In this document: one piece after another, positions 36,317 to 46,481 of the stretch
Layout of the letters: the number at the start of each line of letters is the position of its first letter
How positions within the stretch are numbered: the stretch's first letter is position 1
From: a virus
Strand: one strand, 5' to 3'
Virus record (IMG/VR): IMGVR_UViG_3300020456_000005
Length of the DNA stretch: 64,000 nt
Position numbers and translations under genes: made by a program
Notes under the pieces: generated by a model
What the model saw: only the letters and a program-made list of their open reading frames with translations
The model's database searches: none
Told to the model about the DNA's origin: nothing

Positions 36317-38020
36317 ATGAGTCAGTTATTTGGCTTTCAAATTAATCGTAAGGAGGGTCAGAAGGGTCAGTCCCCTGTCCCTCCTTCTGCTGACGAGCCA
36401 GTCTCTATTGCCGCAGGCGGTTATTTTGGAACATATGTAGACACAGACGCTACTGCAAGGAATGAGTTTGAACTCATTCGTAGGTATAGAGACATGTCTC
36501 TACACCCAGAAGTAGACTCTGCTGTAGATGAAATTGTGAATGAATTTGTGGTTAGCGATGCTAATGACAGTTGTGTTGAGGTTGATCTTAACAACTTAGA
36601 AGTTGGAGCGGGAGTTAAGAAAAAAATTCGTGACGAGTTTGACAAGATCAAACAGATGTTGAATTTTGACAATCGTGCTCATGAAATTATTCGTAGTTGG
36701 TATATTGACGGAAAGTTATTTTATCATAAAGTAATTGATTTAGATAATCCAAAGAAAGGTATTACTGAACTTCGTTATATTGACCCACTAAAGATTCGTA
36801 AAGTAAGACAAAAACTCAGTAAGGGTTCTGATGACCCTAGAGTAAATAGAGCATTGAAAGGTACTGCACTGGAGTATGAATGGGGGCAGTACATTGACTA
36901 TTTCCTATACAATCCCAAAGGATATCTAAGAGGCGGAGCACTCGGTCCTATTGGAGATATGTCCAACTCCCAAGGAATTAAGATTGCTGCAGATTCAATT
37001 GCATTCTGTTCCTCTGGAGTTCAAGATCTTAACAAGAGAATGCATTTGAGTTTCCTACACAAAGGAATCAAGTCACTCAATCAACTTAGAATGATTGAGG
37101 ATGCTCTGGTTATTTACAGATTGTCACGCGCACCTGAGCGTAGGATTTTCTATATTGATGTAGGTAATTTACCTAAGGTAAAAGCGGAACAGTATCTCCG
37201 TGATGTTATGAGTCGCTATCGTAACAAGCTAGTGTATGACGCAAACACTGGTGAGATTCGTGATGACAAAAAACACATGAGTATGCTAGAGGATTTTTGG
37301 TTGCCTCGTAGAGAGGGTGGTCGCGGAACTGAGATCACTACACTGCCAGGTGGACAAAACCTAGGCGAACTCAAAGATGTTGAGTATTTTAAGAAGAAGC
37401 TTTATAACAGCCTCAATCTTCCTCCTTCCCGTCTCACCGACGATAATAAAGGATTCAACCTCGGTAAAACCACTGAAGTCCTTAGAGACGAACTTAAGTT
37501 CACAAAGTTCATCGGTAGACTACGTAAAAGATTTGGTGAACTCTTTCACGATATTCTTAAAACGCAACTCATTCTTAAAGGAGTAATTTCTCCTGAAGAT
37601 TGGGATGATATGAAGGAGCATATTCAATATGACTTCTTGTTTGATAACCATTTCAATGAGTTAAAAGAACAAGAACTAATGACACAGCGCATTGCTCTTG
37701 CAACTCAGATGGATCCATTTGTTGGTAAGTATTTCTCAATTGAACATATTCGTAGACAAATTCTACAACAGAATGAGAAGGAATATAAGGAAATTGAAAA
37801 ACAAATGAAGAATGAAATTGATGCTGGTCTAGCAATGAATCCATCTGATGTTAATACATTTGACATGATGGATCGCCAGAATGCTGCATTTGCTCCTGAA
37901 ATTGCAGCGCAACAAGCTGATGACTCTCACGAACGAGAGCAAGAAAAAGCAGACGACGCGCATCAAAAACAATTGCAAATGGCGAAAGCGCAACCTAAAC
38001 CTTCTTCTAATACTAAATAA
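36317..38020 (+). CDS. g20: Portal vertex protein gp20
   Basis: IYRLSRAPERRIFYIDVGNLPK, EDFWLPRREGGRGTEI, RDELKF. Confidence 0.98.
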   Translation: MSQLFGFQINRKEGQKGQSPVPPSADEPVSIAAGGYFGTYVDTDATARNEFELIRRYRDMSLHPEVDSAVDEIVNEFVVSDANDSCVEVDLNNLEVGAGVKKKIRDEFDKIKQMLNFDNRAHEIIRSWYIDGKLFYHKVIDLDNPKKGITELRYIDPLKIRKVRQKLSKGSDDPRVNRALKGTALEYEWGQYIDYFLYNPKGYLRGGALGPIGDMSNSQGIKIAADSIAFCSSGVQDLNKRMHLSFLHKGIKSLNQLRMIEDALVIYRLSRAPERRIFYIDVGNLPKVKAEQYLRDVMSRYRNKLVYDANTGEIRDDKKHMSMLEDFWLPRREGGRGTEITTLPGGQNLGELKDVEYFKKKLYNSLNLPPSRLTDDNKGFNLGKTTEVLRDELKFTKFIGRLRKRFGELFHDILKTQLILKGVISPEDWDDMKEHIQYDFLFDNHFNELKEQELMTQRIALATQMDPFVGKYFSIEHIRRQILQQNEKEYKEIEKQMKNEIDAGLAMNPSDVNTFDMMDRQNAAFAPEIAAQQADDSHEREQEKADDAHQKQLQMAKAQPKPSSNTK

Positions 38021-38030
38021 AGAATAAGTC

Positions 38031-38252
38031 ATGGAAAACAAAATGGATCAGGCAAACCCTGAAGCGGAAGTGATGAATATTGTAACTGCTATTGCAGACA
38101 ATGAAAGGTCTAAAGCAATTGATGCCATCCAAGATTTGCTTTATGCAAAGGCATCAGAAACTCTGTCTACTTATAAACAGGGTGTAGCAAAGACTTACTT
38201 TGATGAACCAGTAGATACGGAAACTAATGAAACTGATAACGGAACAGATTGA
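38031..38252 (+). CDS. Small prohead core-type protein (between g20 and g21)
   Basis: Acidic 73-aa ORF at the syntenic position of the T4 g67/g68 region. Confidence 0.55.
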   Translation: MENKMDQANPEAEVMNIVTAIADNERSKAIDAIQDLLYAKASETLSTYKQGVAKTYFDEPVDTETNETDNGTD

Positions 38253-38871
38253 AGATGTACATGTCATCACCGAAGGAACTGGTGATGATAAAAAATTGTA
38301 CATTGAAGGTGTCTTTCTTCAGTCCGAACTGAAGAATAGGAACGGTCGTGTATATCCATTTCAAGTTCTAGAACGTGAGGTTGGACGTTACAATGAAGAG
38401 TATGTTAAAACTAAGCGTGCTCTCGGTGAGTTGGGTCATCCTGATGGTCCTACTGTCAACCTTGATAGAGTTTCCCACAGAATTACCGAACTTAGAGCAG
38501 AAGGTAATAACTTTATGGGCAAAGCCCAAATCCTAGACACACCTATGGGAAAGATTGCAAAATCTCTCTTAGGTGAAGGTGTACAACTTGGTGTATCATC
38601 ACGCGGAATGGGAAGTATTGACAAACGTGAAGACACCGCGTATGTCATGGACGACTTCATGCTAGCAACAGCAGCAGATATCGTTGCAGATCCTTCTGCC
38701 CCAGACGCTTTCGTCAATGGAATTATGGAAGGTAAAGAGTGGGTTTGGGACAACGGAATCCTTAAGGAGTCCGAGGTTGCTAAATATCAACGTTACATGA
38801 GTGATTCTACTCGTAAAAACCTAGAGGAGAGAACGCTTCAAGTGTTCCAAAACTTCCTCGCAGGTTTGTAA
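38227..38871 (+). CDS. g21: Prohead protease gp21
   Basis: KNRNGRVY, ALGELGHP, GVSSRGMGS, DIVADPSAPDAFV. Confidence 0.96.
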   Translation: MKLITEQIEDVHVITEGTGDDKKLYIEGVFLQSELKNRNGRVYPFQVLEREVGRYNEEYVKTKRALGELGHPDGPTVNLDRVSHRITELRAEGNNFMGKAQILDTPMGKIAKSLLGEGVQLGVSSRGMGSIDKREDTAYVMDDFMLATAADIVADPSAPDAFVNGIMEGKEWVWDNGILKESEVAKYQRYMSDSTRKNLEERTLQVFQNFLAGL

Positions 38872-38920
38872 TTTAATAAATAAACAATAGATAATCATAA
38901 GATTTACGGAAGGACTCAAA

Positions 38921-40093
38921 ATGTCAGACATGTTAAACGAAAAGTTTGAGGAGTTTCTGAGCGGACAGCAAGTCGTTATGGAAGCGGGAGCGGATCCCAT
39001 GCCTCGTGTATCTGCTTCAGTAATTCCTGGTACAGGCTCAGATCCCTCGGCAGTTTCGGGTGATCCACAACAACGTGGAAGTGGTAAAGATGAACCATCT
39101 GGTTCTTCACCAACTGTTCCACCTTCAGTTGCTAACGGACAGTCAGTAACAGATCTCGGTGGTTCACAGTCCGAACCTCTTCATTCTAATAAAGAAGAAG
39201 GCGAGGAGAATCCTGGCGCTAAAGCAGCAGCACCCGTCTCACAAGATGGTAGTGTTACTTCAACATCAGGCAAGCCTGGTGACGAAGCAGGTGCTAATTC
39301 CCTAGGCGCGGAAATCGCTTATGGAACTGGCAAAGGTCCTGATGTTTCTTATCCTATCAAACCAGCATTTGAAGAGCTGGATATGTCCTCCGACATTAGT
39401 GCCCTATTAGAAGGCACTGAACTCTCCGAAGAATTTGCAGAGAAAGCAAAAACCATCTTTGAGGCAGCAGTCAAAGCAAAGATCTCCGAAGAGTATGACA
39501 AGCTTGTAGAGCATTTCGGTAAAGAATTAGAGAAGCAACTAACATCTGCTAAAGCAGATCTCTCTGAGGAAGTTAACGGAACTGTAAACTACGCAGTCAC
39601 TCAATGGCTAGAAGAAAATCAAGTAGCTGTTGATCGTGGCATCAGAAATGAGATCACTACAGACTTCATTGCAGGTCTTAAAGGTCTCTTTGAAGAGCAC
39701 TACATCTCTATCCCCGACGACAAGGTTGACGTGGTAGAGGGTATGGCTGAATCTATTCGTGAGATGGAAGAGCGCCTAGACGAACAGGTCAAGGCAAATG
39801 TGAAACTACAAAATCGTCTTAATGAGTCTGCCAAACTCAATATTCTGTCCACTGTGTCAGAAGGACTCGCAGATACTCAGAAAGAAAAACTCGCAGCACT
39901 TGCTGAGGGTCTTGAGTATGTAACTGAAGAGGACTTTACCAAGAAGGTTAAAACCATCAAGGAGTCATACTTCAAAGAATCAGTTGCTACTCCCGCAGCA
40001 GAAGTTGCAGATGAAACTCCAGTTGAAGGATTAAGCGAAGAGGTAACACCAGCAATGGCACAATACCTCAGCGCACTCAATCGCTGGAAGTGA
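38921..40093 (+). CDS. g22: Prohead scaffold/core protein gp22
   Basis: LSEEFAEKAKTIFEAAV, FIAGLKGLFEEHYI; synteny. Confidence 0.93.
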   Translation: MSDMLNEKFEEFLSGQQVVMEAGADPMPRVSASVIPGTGSDPSAVSGDPQQRGSGKDEPSGSSPTVPPSVANGQSVTDLGGSQSEPLHSNKEEGEENPGAKAAAPVSQDGSVTSTSGKPGDEAGANSLGAEIAYGTGKGPDVSYPIKPAFEELDMSSDISALLEGTELSEEFAEKAKTIFEAAVKAKISEEYDKLVEHFGKELEKQLTSAKADLSEEVNGTVNYAVTQWLEENQVAVDRGIRNEITTDFIAGLKGLFEEHYISIPDDKVDVVEGMAESIREMEERLDEQVKANVKLQNRLNESAKLNILSTVSEGLADTQKEKLAALAEGLEYVTEEDFTKKVKTIKESYFKESVATPAAEVADETPVEGLSEEVTPAMAQYLSALNRWK

Positions 40094-40130
40094 TTATTAT
40101 CAAACCCTATTTTTCCAAACGGAGCTAAAA

Positions 40131-41516
40131 ATGTTTAATGCAGAAGCTCTAACAGAAAAGTGGAAACCTGTTCTAGGTCATGAGAGCGCAGGCGCTATCA
40201 AAGACAATTATAGAAAGGCTGTTACCGCTGTTCTGTTAGAAAACCAAGAAAGATTCATGCGCGAAGAGCGTGGCATGATCAACGAAGCAGGTGGTGCAGC
40301 AGGTAACTCTGTTGGCGCTATCGGCGGCAACGCTCTTTCAGGTTCAGGTCTAACCACCCAAACTGGTGGTCTTGCTGGATTTGACCCTGTAATGATCAGC
40401 CTCATCCGTCGTGCAATGCCTAACCTCATTGCTTATGACATCTGTGGCGTTCAACCAATGTCTGGTCCTACTGGACTAATCTTCGCAATGAAGTCTCACT
40501 ACGAAGGTCGTGACGGTGCTGAAGCACTATACAACGAGCCTGACAGCGACTTCTCTGCAGGATACGATGCAACTGCAAATGCATACGATACTGCTAATCC
40601 AGTTGCAGGCAGCAATCCTGGTCTTCTTAATGACTCTGGCACTTACGACCGTGGCGTTAAGCCAATGGCACGTGAGGACGCTGAGGCACTAGGAGAAAGC
40701 GGAAAGCTGTTCAGAGAAATGTCATTCAGCATTGAGAAGACTGCTGTGACTGCACAGTCCAGAGCTCTCAAAGCAGAATACACTCTAGAATTGGCACAAG
40801 ACCTCAAGGCAATTCATGGTCTTGATGCTGAGCAAGAACTTGCTAACATTCTGTCTAGCGAGATCCTTGCTGAGATCAACCGTGAAGTTGTTCGTACTGT
40901 ATACACCATCGCTAAGCCTGGTGCTCAGAACAACACTGCTAACGCTGGTCGCTTTGACCTTGACGTTGACTCCAACGGCAGATGGTCAGTTGAAAAATTC
41001 AAGGGACTTATGTTCCAGATTGAGAGAGATGCAAACGCAATCGCTCAAGAGACTCGTAGAGGAAAGGGCAACTTCATCATCACTTCTGCTGATGTTGCTT
41101 CTGCTCTCGCGATGTCTGGTACACTAGACTACACTTCAGGTCTAACTGGTGCTGGTGGTCCTTCCATCGGTGAAGTTGATGACACTGGTAACCTTCTAGT
41201 TGGAACCATGAACGGACGCATTAAGGTCTTCGTTGATCCTTACTCTGCTAACGTTTCCAACTCCCACTACTACGTAGTTGGTTATAAGGGTACTTCCCCT
41301 TATGATTCAGGTCTGTTCTATTGCCCATACGTACCTCTCCAGATGGTTCGTTCCATCGGTCCTGATACCTTCCAACCAAAAATTGGATTCAAGACCCGTT
41401 ACGGCATGGTCGCTAACCCATTCGTCCGCAAGGCAAATGGTGATCCTGATGCTGAGGCACTTACTGCTTCACGTAACCAGTACTACAGAAGAGTCAAGGT
41501 TGAAAACCTTATGTGA
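40131..41516 (+). CDS. g23: Major capsid protein gp23
   Basis: LIRRAMPNLIAYDICGVQPM, SRALKAEYTLELAQDLKAIHGLDAE, FQPKIGFKTRYG. Confidence 0.99.
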   Translation: MFNAEALTEKWKPVLGHESAGAIKDNYRKAVTAVLLENQERFMREERGMINEAGGAAGNSVGAIGGNALSGSGLTTQTGGLAGFDPVMISLIRRAMPNLIAYDICGVQPMSGPTGLIFAMKSHYEGRDGAEALYNEPDSDFSAGYDATANAYDTANPVAGSNPGLLNDSGTYDRGVKPMAREDAEALGESGKLFREMSFSIEKTAVTAQSRALKAEYTLELAQDLKAIHGLDAEQELANILSSEILAEINREVVRTVYTIAKPGAQNNTANAGRFDLDVDSNGRWSVEKFKGLMFQIERDANAIAQETRRGKGNFIITSADVASALAMSGTLDYTSGLTGAGGPSIGEVDDTGNLLVGTMNGRIKVFVDPYSANVSNSHYYVVGYKGTSPYDSGLFYCPYVPLQMVRSIGPDTFQPKIGFKTRYGMVANPFVRKANGDPDAEALTASRNQYYRRVKVENLM

Positions 41517-41537
41517 TCAATTCACGACAATTCTTTC

Positions 41538-41564
41538 GGGGACCTGCAAGGTCCCCTTTTTTTT
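41538..41564 (+). terminator. Rho-independent terminator after g23
   Basis: GGGGACC-TGCAA-GGTCCCC followed by T8. Confidence 0.9.
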
Positions 41565-41594
41565 GCTTAAATAGTATTAGTTACGAATGAATAC

Positions 41595-41759
41595 ATGGGA
41601 CGTGGGAGACTGCTAAAGATTGACATTCAAGCAAGAGTACTTAAATTAAAAAACGAATTACACGAAGGTAGATATCATGGTGCAACCAAAGAATGGATGG
41701 AGGGATCTCACTATCAATTAAATCAAGTTCTGAACATTATAGAAGAGTATAGCTGTTAA
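41595..41759 (+). CDS. Hypothetical 54-aa protein (MGRGRLLKIDIQARVLKLKNEL...), not in ORF track
   Basis: Follows TTAAATA; TAATG-coupled to the next ORF. Confidence 0.6.
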   Translation: MGRGRLLKIDIQARVLKLKNELHEGRYHGATKEWMEGSHYQLNQVLNIIEEYSC

Positions 41760-41926
41760 TGAACCCAGACGATAAGAGAGAATTTTATAAAGGTCTACGG
41801 GAAAGAATTAAACAACTGAGGATGGGTCACCTTTTTGAAGAACCCTGTCCTCTATACGAACCAGAGTGGGAGGAAGACCATTGCTGGGATTGTAGATTAA
41901 CTTACGATCAAGATGACGACGAATGA
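41759..41926 (+). CDS. Hypothetical 55-aa protein (MNPDDKREFYKGLRERIKQLRMGHLFEEPCPLYEPE...), not in ORF track
   Basis: Coupled at both ends (TAATG, ATGA). Confidence 0.65.
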   Translation: MNPDDKREFYKGLRERIKQLRMGHLFEEPCPLYEPEWEEDHCWDCRLTYDQDDDE

Positions 41927-42135
41927 AATCACAATACACACTAATACTTTGTTTTACACCACTAGTAGTCATCTACATAGTGATGAAATTTGCTGTATGG
42001 ATGAGTGCCGTAAATGTTGAGGCGGATTATGTCAGAAAAGAACCTCTACGAAAACGAGGACCCTTTGTGGAGAACCCGTATGAAGACGTTGATGAAGAAG
42101 AAGAGGAATATGGAGATCGCACAGATTATAGATGA
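41923..42135 (+). CDS. Hypothetical membrane protein
   Basis: N-terminal TM segment, acidic tail. Confidence 0.6.
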   Translation: MKSQYTLILCFTPLVVIYIVMKFAVWMSAVNVEADYVRKEPLRKRGPFVENPYEDVDEEEEEYGDRTDYR

Positions 42136-42256
42136 AGCATTAGAAGAACATTATGCAGAGTTAGGACTTCCAGTTCCTGTTTGGAAGAGAGAGAAAAATC
42201 CTCAGTGGTGGGTTGAATATCTTATTGAACTAGGTCTTGATCCAGAGAACCCATAA
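42110..42256 (+). CDS. Hypothetical protein (MEIAQIIDEALEEH...)
   Basis: GAGGA SD before the ATG at 42110. Confidence 0.6.
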   Translation: MEIAQIIDEALEEHYAELGLPVPVWKREKNPQWWVEYLIELGLDPENP

Positions 42257-42280
42257 ATACTTATAGCTTGGGAAGTTGAC

Positions 42281-42796
42281 ATGCCTGCTGAATGGTATAA
42301 AGAACAAATTGTTAATCGCAATTTTTTATCCCCCGTTGGGTTTAAGTTAGATCTTGAAATCTTTCGCGGGGTAGATTTCTTTTGCCAATCAGCAAGTATT
42401 CCAGAAATCTCAATGCCATTTGCTGAAGTTCCAACTCCATATAGAAACATTGCTATCACTCCAAGTGGTGGAGTTTCTTATGGCGATTTGAACGTACGTT
42501 TTATTATTGATGAGGAGTTAGTCAACTACCTTTCAATTCATAATTGGATTACTGAGTATGGTTTAGCTGACGGTAGATCTACTTCCGCTGACCAGTATTC
42601 TTCAGCTAGACTATTTGTTATGACTTCTCATAATAATGCTAATCATATTGTAGAGTTTAAAAACCTATTCCCAGTCTCCTTGTCTGGTGTTCCTTTTGAT
42701 GCTACAGTAGGAGATGTAGAATATTTACTAGCAGACGTAACATTTAAGTACGAAAAATATACTATACGTGATACAAACTTTAAAGAACGTACATGA
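42281..42796 (+). CDS. g3: Tail tube terminator/completion protein gp3
   Basis: NRNFLSPVGF, FFCQSASIP, FIIDEELVNY..IHNWI, FPVSLS; CATAAATA upstream. Confidence 0.88.
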   Translation: MPAEWYKEQIVNRNFLSPVGFKLDLEIFRGVDFFCQSASIPEISMPFAEVPTPYRNIAITPSGGVSYGDLNVRFIIDEELVNYLSIHNWITEYGLADGRSTSADQYSSARLFVMTSHNNANHIVEFKNLFPVSLSGVPFDATVGDVEYLLADVTFKYEKYTIRDTNFKERT

Positions 42797-43266
42797 ATTT
42801 TGAAACTCTTCGTAATAAATTTGAAAAACTGAGAGAAGATTGGGCAGAAGATTCTGCAGTTGACTTTCAATTCAAGAACAAACAATATAGCACAGATCTG
42901 GGACAACTCGCTTTAGACATCCCTTTTCAGCATAATAAATACTTAAACCACTACACTGACATTCAGCAGATCAAAACTTCTTTAGAGTTTGAGATCCGTA
43001 AAACGGTAAGAGAGAAGCGTGAGTATTACTCTGGCGAGGCAGACGCTAAGACATACGCCGCTAAACCATTTGGATCATCTATTAAGACTTCTGAAAAAAT
43101 GAAAGTTTATCTAGAGTCTGATGAGGAAATCATCAACCTAGAAGCAAAAATTAAATACTTAGATCAGATGCTTTACTGGTTAGATCAAGTTATGAAACAA
43201 ATCTCTAATAGAGGTTTTCAAATCAAGAGTGCAATTGAGTGGGAAAAATTTGTTAATGGACAGTAA
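42793..43266 (+). CDS. uvsY: Recombination mediator UvsY
   Basis: W.EDS, EYYSGEA, ISNRGFQIKSAIEWEKF. Confidence 0.9.
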   Translation: MNFETLRNKFEKLREDWAEDSAVDFQFKNKQYSTDLGQLALDIPFQHNKYLNHYTDIQQIKTSLEFEIRKTVREKREYYSGEADAKTYAAKPFGSSIKTSEKMKVYLESDEEIINLEAKIKYLDQMLYWLDQVMKQISNRGFQIKSAIEWEKFVNGQ

Positions 43267-43832
43267 TGAAATTTGGTAATCCTCTTGTTAAATTTAAATT
43301 GAATGATCACGATCTTTCAATTCTTGAAAATGCGATTCACACACATTCACTGATGCCAGGTGAATCAAGTCATCAGGACTTAAGAAAATGTGAGATTGAT
43401 TGGATTGAAAATTTAGATCTTAGAAATTTATTATTAACTCTTTGCCATCAGGCAAATGTAAATGCGGAATGGAATCTTCAAATTTTAGGAGCTGAAGGTT
43501 TACAGTATACAGTCTACAATGAAGGAGATCATTACAATTGGCATGTTGATTGTCAAGGGCATCTAAGATCTCAAATGATGGGTATGTGTCCAGATACTCC
43601 TATCAGAAAAATAAGTCTTACAGTATTTTTAAATGACCCTGAAGAATATGAAGGTGGTGAATTAGAACTAGAACTCTATGGACCTTTAGCGGAAGAAAGG
43701 AGTGTAAAATTTAAAGAACCTAAAGGAACAGTTATATTTTTTCCATCAGATACTTGGCACAAAGTTAATCCAGTAACTTCTGGAGTTAGAAAATCGTTAG
43801 TAACTTGGTTTGGCGGAAGTCCGTATGTCTAA
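43266..43832 (+). CDS. 2OG-Fe(II) oxygenase (PKHD/prolyl-hydroxylase-like)
   Basis: YNWHVD, RKISLTVFLN..YEGGEL, FFPS..WHKV.PV..G.RKSLV.W. Confidence 0.88.
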   Translation: MKFGNPLVKFKLNDHDLSILENAIHTHSLMPGESSHQDLRKCEIDWIENLDLRNLLLTLCHQANVNAEWNLQILGAEGLQYTVYNEGDHYNWHVDCQGHLRSQMMGMCPDTPIRKISLTVFLNDPEEYEGGELELELYGPLAEERSVKFKEPKGTVIFFPSDTWHKVNPVTSGVRKSLVTWFGGSPYV

Positions 43833-45294
43833 TCTAATTGTAAAAAAGAAGAACGAAGTTTACATTACTATCAATTCAAAAGAACCTCATGTCCATCATG
43901 AGTTAGCAGACTACTTTACATTTGAAGTTCCTGAAGCTAAGTTCTTAAAAAAGAATCCCAGATACAAATACTGGGATGGAACTATCAGATTGTATTCTCC
44001 TGGTACAGGTGAATTGTATCATGGTCTTATGAGACACTTACAAGTGTGGGCATATGAAAGACAATACAATATTGAATACGAAAAGAATGAATGGTACGGA
44101 GAAGTTGAAGATACTAATGATTTTGTATCTCCTGCTGGTATCAAAACTTTTATGGATAAAATTATCCGTACAGAAATTAAACCAAGACCTTATCAATATA
44201 AGGCAGTATACGAAGCTATTAAATATAATCGTAAACTTTTACTTTCGCCTACGGGTAGTGGAAAATCTTTGATGATCTACTCCCTCGTGAGATACTACAC
44301 TGCTACCAGCAAGAAGACGCTCATCATCGTCCCTACTACGTCCCTCGTGGAACAGATGGTCAATGACTTTAATGATTACGGGTGGAACGCGGATGACCAT
44401 GTGCATAAAATTTATTCGGGCAAGGATAAAAATACGGATAAACCAATTATTATTTCAACCTGGCAATCAATCTATAAGTTCCCCAAAAGATACTTTGATG
44501 ATATTGACTGTGTTATCGGTGATGAAGCACACCTGTTTAAGTCAAAATCCCTCACGGGAATCATGACCAAATTACACAACGCCAAGTATCGTTTTGGTTT
44601 TACTGGAACATTAGATGGAACCAAGACTCATAAATGGGTACTTGAAGGATTGTTTGGTGATTGTGAGCAAGTCACGAAGACAGATGATCTAATCAAGTCA
44701 GGTTATCTATCTAAGTTTAGGATTAAAATCCTACTTTGTAAACATGCTCCTCAGCATTTTGACACATATCATGATGAGATGGAGTATCTTGTAGGACATA
44801 AAGGTAGAAACAATCTGATTAAAAATTTAGTTAATGATATAAAAGGCAATACCCTTGTTCTTTTTAACTACATTGAAAAGCATGGTGAACCTCTTCATGA
44901 TCTAATAAATAATACTGTAGATTCCAAACGAAAAGTCTTTTTCGTTCATGGCGGAACTGATGTAGAAGATAGGGAAGAAGTTCGTCAAATCACTGAAACT
45001 GAAGACAATGCTATAATCATTGCTTCTTACGGAACCTTCTCTACAGGAATTAACATTAAAAGATTGCACAATATTATTTTCGCCTCGCCAAGTAAATCAC
45101 GTATACGTAACCTTCAATCTATTGGACGTGTTCTAAGAAAAGGTGATGGCAAAGACATGGCAACATTATACGATATCGCTGATGACATCGGCGGTCAAAA
45201 TTACACCTTGAGACATCTTAATGAAAGAGTCAACATTTATAATGACGAAAACTTTAAGTATGAGGTTATAAAAGTAAACCTTAGAGCAAATTAA
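43825..45294 (+). CDS. uvsW: RNA-DNA/DNA helicase UvsW
   Basis: SPTGSGKS, GDEAH, GFTGT, QSIGRVLR. Confidence 0.96.
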   Translation: MSNLIVKKKNEVYITINSKEPHVHHELADYFTFEVPEAKFLKKNPRYKYWDGTIRLYSPGTGELYHGLMRHLQVWAYERQYNIEYEKNEWYGEVEDTNDFVSPAGIKTFMDKIIRTEIKPRPYQYKAVYEAIKYNRKLLLSPTGSGKSLMIYSLVRYYTATSKKTLIIVPTTSLVEQMVNDFNDYGWNADDHVHKIYSGKDKNTDKPIIISTWQSIYKFPKRYFDDIDCVIGDEAHLFKSKSLTGIMTKLHNAKYRFGFTGTLDGTKTHKWVLEGLFGDCEQVTKTDDLIKSGYLSKFRIKILLCKHAPQHFDTYHDEMEYLVGHKGRNNLIKNLVNDIKGNTLVLFNYIEKHGEPLHDLINNTVDSKRKVFFVHGGTDVEDREEVRQITETEDNAIIIASYGTFSTGINIKRLHNIIFASPSKSRIRNLQSIGRVLRKGDGKDMATLYDIADDIGGQNYTLRHLNERVNIYNDENFKYEVIKVNLRAN

Positions 45295-45296
45295 AT

Positions 45297-45707
45297 ATGG
45301 AAGAAGAATTCCTAGCAACTATGAAATTAGTTACTGGAGAAGAAATAATTTCAAAAGTTTCTTACATGCCAGATGACGACAGTCTTGTACTAGAAAATCC
45401 TATGGAAGTTACGTATGTAGATAATCAAAGAAGGAATATAAAGGTACAAGGATTTTCTTTAACTGAATGGATTAAATCTACTTTTGATCATATGTTTGTT
45501 TTACCTAAACAACACATCATTACAATGACAGAAGTTGAAGACAAAAGAATTGAAAAGTTTTATACTGAATCAGTTAGAAGACATATTACACAACTAAATT
45601 CATTTAGAGAATCGTTTGAACCTCAAAAGTTTTCCCGCCAAATGGGGCACCTAGGTTCTATCAAAGAAACTAAGACCAAACTAGAGGATCTGTTTAAGAG
45701 AAGCTAA
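45297..45707 (+). CDS. Conserved hypothetical protein (Sm-like fold predicted)
   Basis: KLVTGEEIISKV...LENPM...W...F.L....IIT pattern. Confidence 0.65.
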   Translation: MEEEFLATMKLVTGEEIISKVSYMPDDDSLVLENPMEVTYVDNQRRNIKVQGFSLTEWIKSTFDHMFVLPKQHIITMTEVEDKRIEKFYTESVRRHITQLNSFRESFEPQKFSRQMGHLGSIKETKTKLEDLFKRS

Positions 45708-45740
45708 AAGCTACAACTTCTCTTGAACCCTTACAGAGTT

Positions 45741-45769
45741 AGTCTACTGGGTTTATCAGGTCTTGTCAA
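45741..45769 (-). promoter_or_regulatory. Divergent antisense sigma70-type promoter
   Basis: Minus strand TTGACA (45769-45764)-17 nt-TAGACT (45746-45741). Confidence 0.6.
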
Positions 45770-45771
45770 GC

Positions 45772-45800
45772 TTGACATTTTTTGTATGTTGAATTACAAT
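45772..45800 (+). promoter_or_regulatory. Sigma70-type promoter for g55
   Basis: TTGACA-17 nt-TACAAT. Confidence 0.85.
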
Positions 45801-45822
45801 AAAATCATCACACAAACCTCTC

Positions 45823-46311
45823 ATGAAGAAAAAGACAGAATACTATGTCAATAACAAGGAGTTCTTAGAGGCGATCACTGTTTATCGTAACCGCGTCCTC
45901 GCGGCTAAGGAAGACGGTAAAGATAGACCTAGAGTTCCTAATTATATTGGAGAGTGCTTTTTAAAGATTGCTACACACTTATCATACAAACCAAATTTTG
46001 TCAACTACATGTTCCGTGAGGACATGATTTGTGATGGCATTGAGAACTGCCTTCAGTATATTGATAACTTTAATCCAGAAAAGTCTTCCAACCCATTTGC
46101 ATACTTCACTCAAATCATTTACTATGCATTCCTTCGCAGGATTCAGAAGGAGAAGAAGCAAATGGAAATTAAAAATAAAATCTTAGAAAGATCTGGTTAC
46201 GATGAAGTTATGCATACTGATACCTACTCTGGTGATATGCAAGGAATGAACGCTTCATCCTCAGACATGGGCAGTATTAAAGAAAATATTGAAATTAAGA
46301 TGAATCGCTGA
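45823..46311 (+). CDS. g55: Late-transcription sigma factor gp55
   Basis: YVNNKEFL, YIGECFLKIA, DMICDGIENC, NPFAYFTQI..AFLRRI.KEK. Confidence 0.96.
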   Translation: MKKKTEYYVNNKEFLEAITVYRNRVLAAKEDGKDRPRVPNYIGECFLKIATHLSYKPNFVNYMFREDMICDGIENCLQYIDNFNPEKSSNPFAYFTQIIYYAFLRRIQKEKKQMEIKNKILERSGYDEVMHTDTYSGDMQGMNASSSDMGSIKENIEIKMNR

Positions 46312-46481
46312 TGCCTGATCCGAATGCCTTATATGATGACATGGAGAAATTAAATGCTCTCTATGAAGAACTCTGTTGGGACCATGATGATGAACTGGTC
46401 TTTACTCATGATGGAGTTGAAGTTATAATTTATAATAAGACTAAAGAAAATGAACGAGCACCCCGAAATCGCAGAACATGA
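46311..46481 (+). CDS. Hypothetical 56-aa protein (MPDPNALYDDMEKLNALYEELCW...), not in ORF track
   Basis: TGATG-coupled to g55. Confidence 0.6.
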   Translation: MPDPNALYDDMEKLNALYEELCWDHDDELVFTHDGVEVIIYNKTKENERAPRNRRT

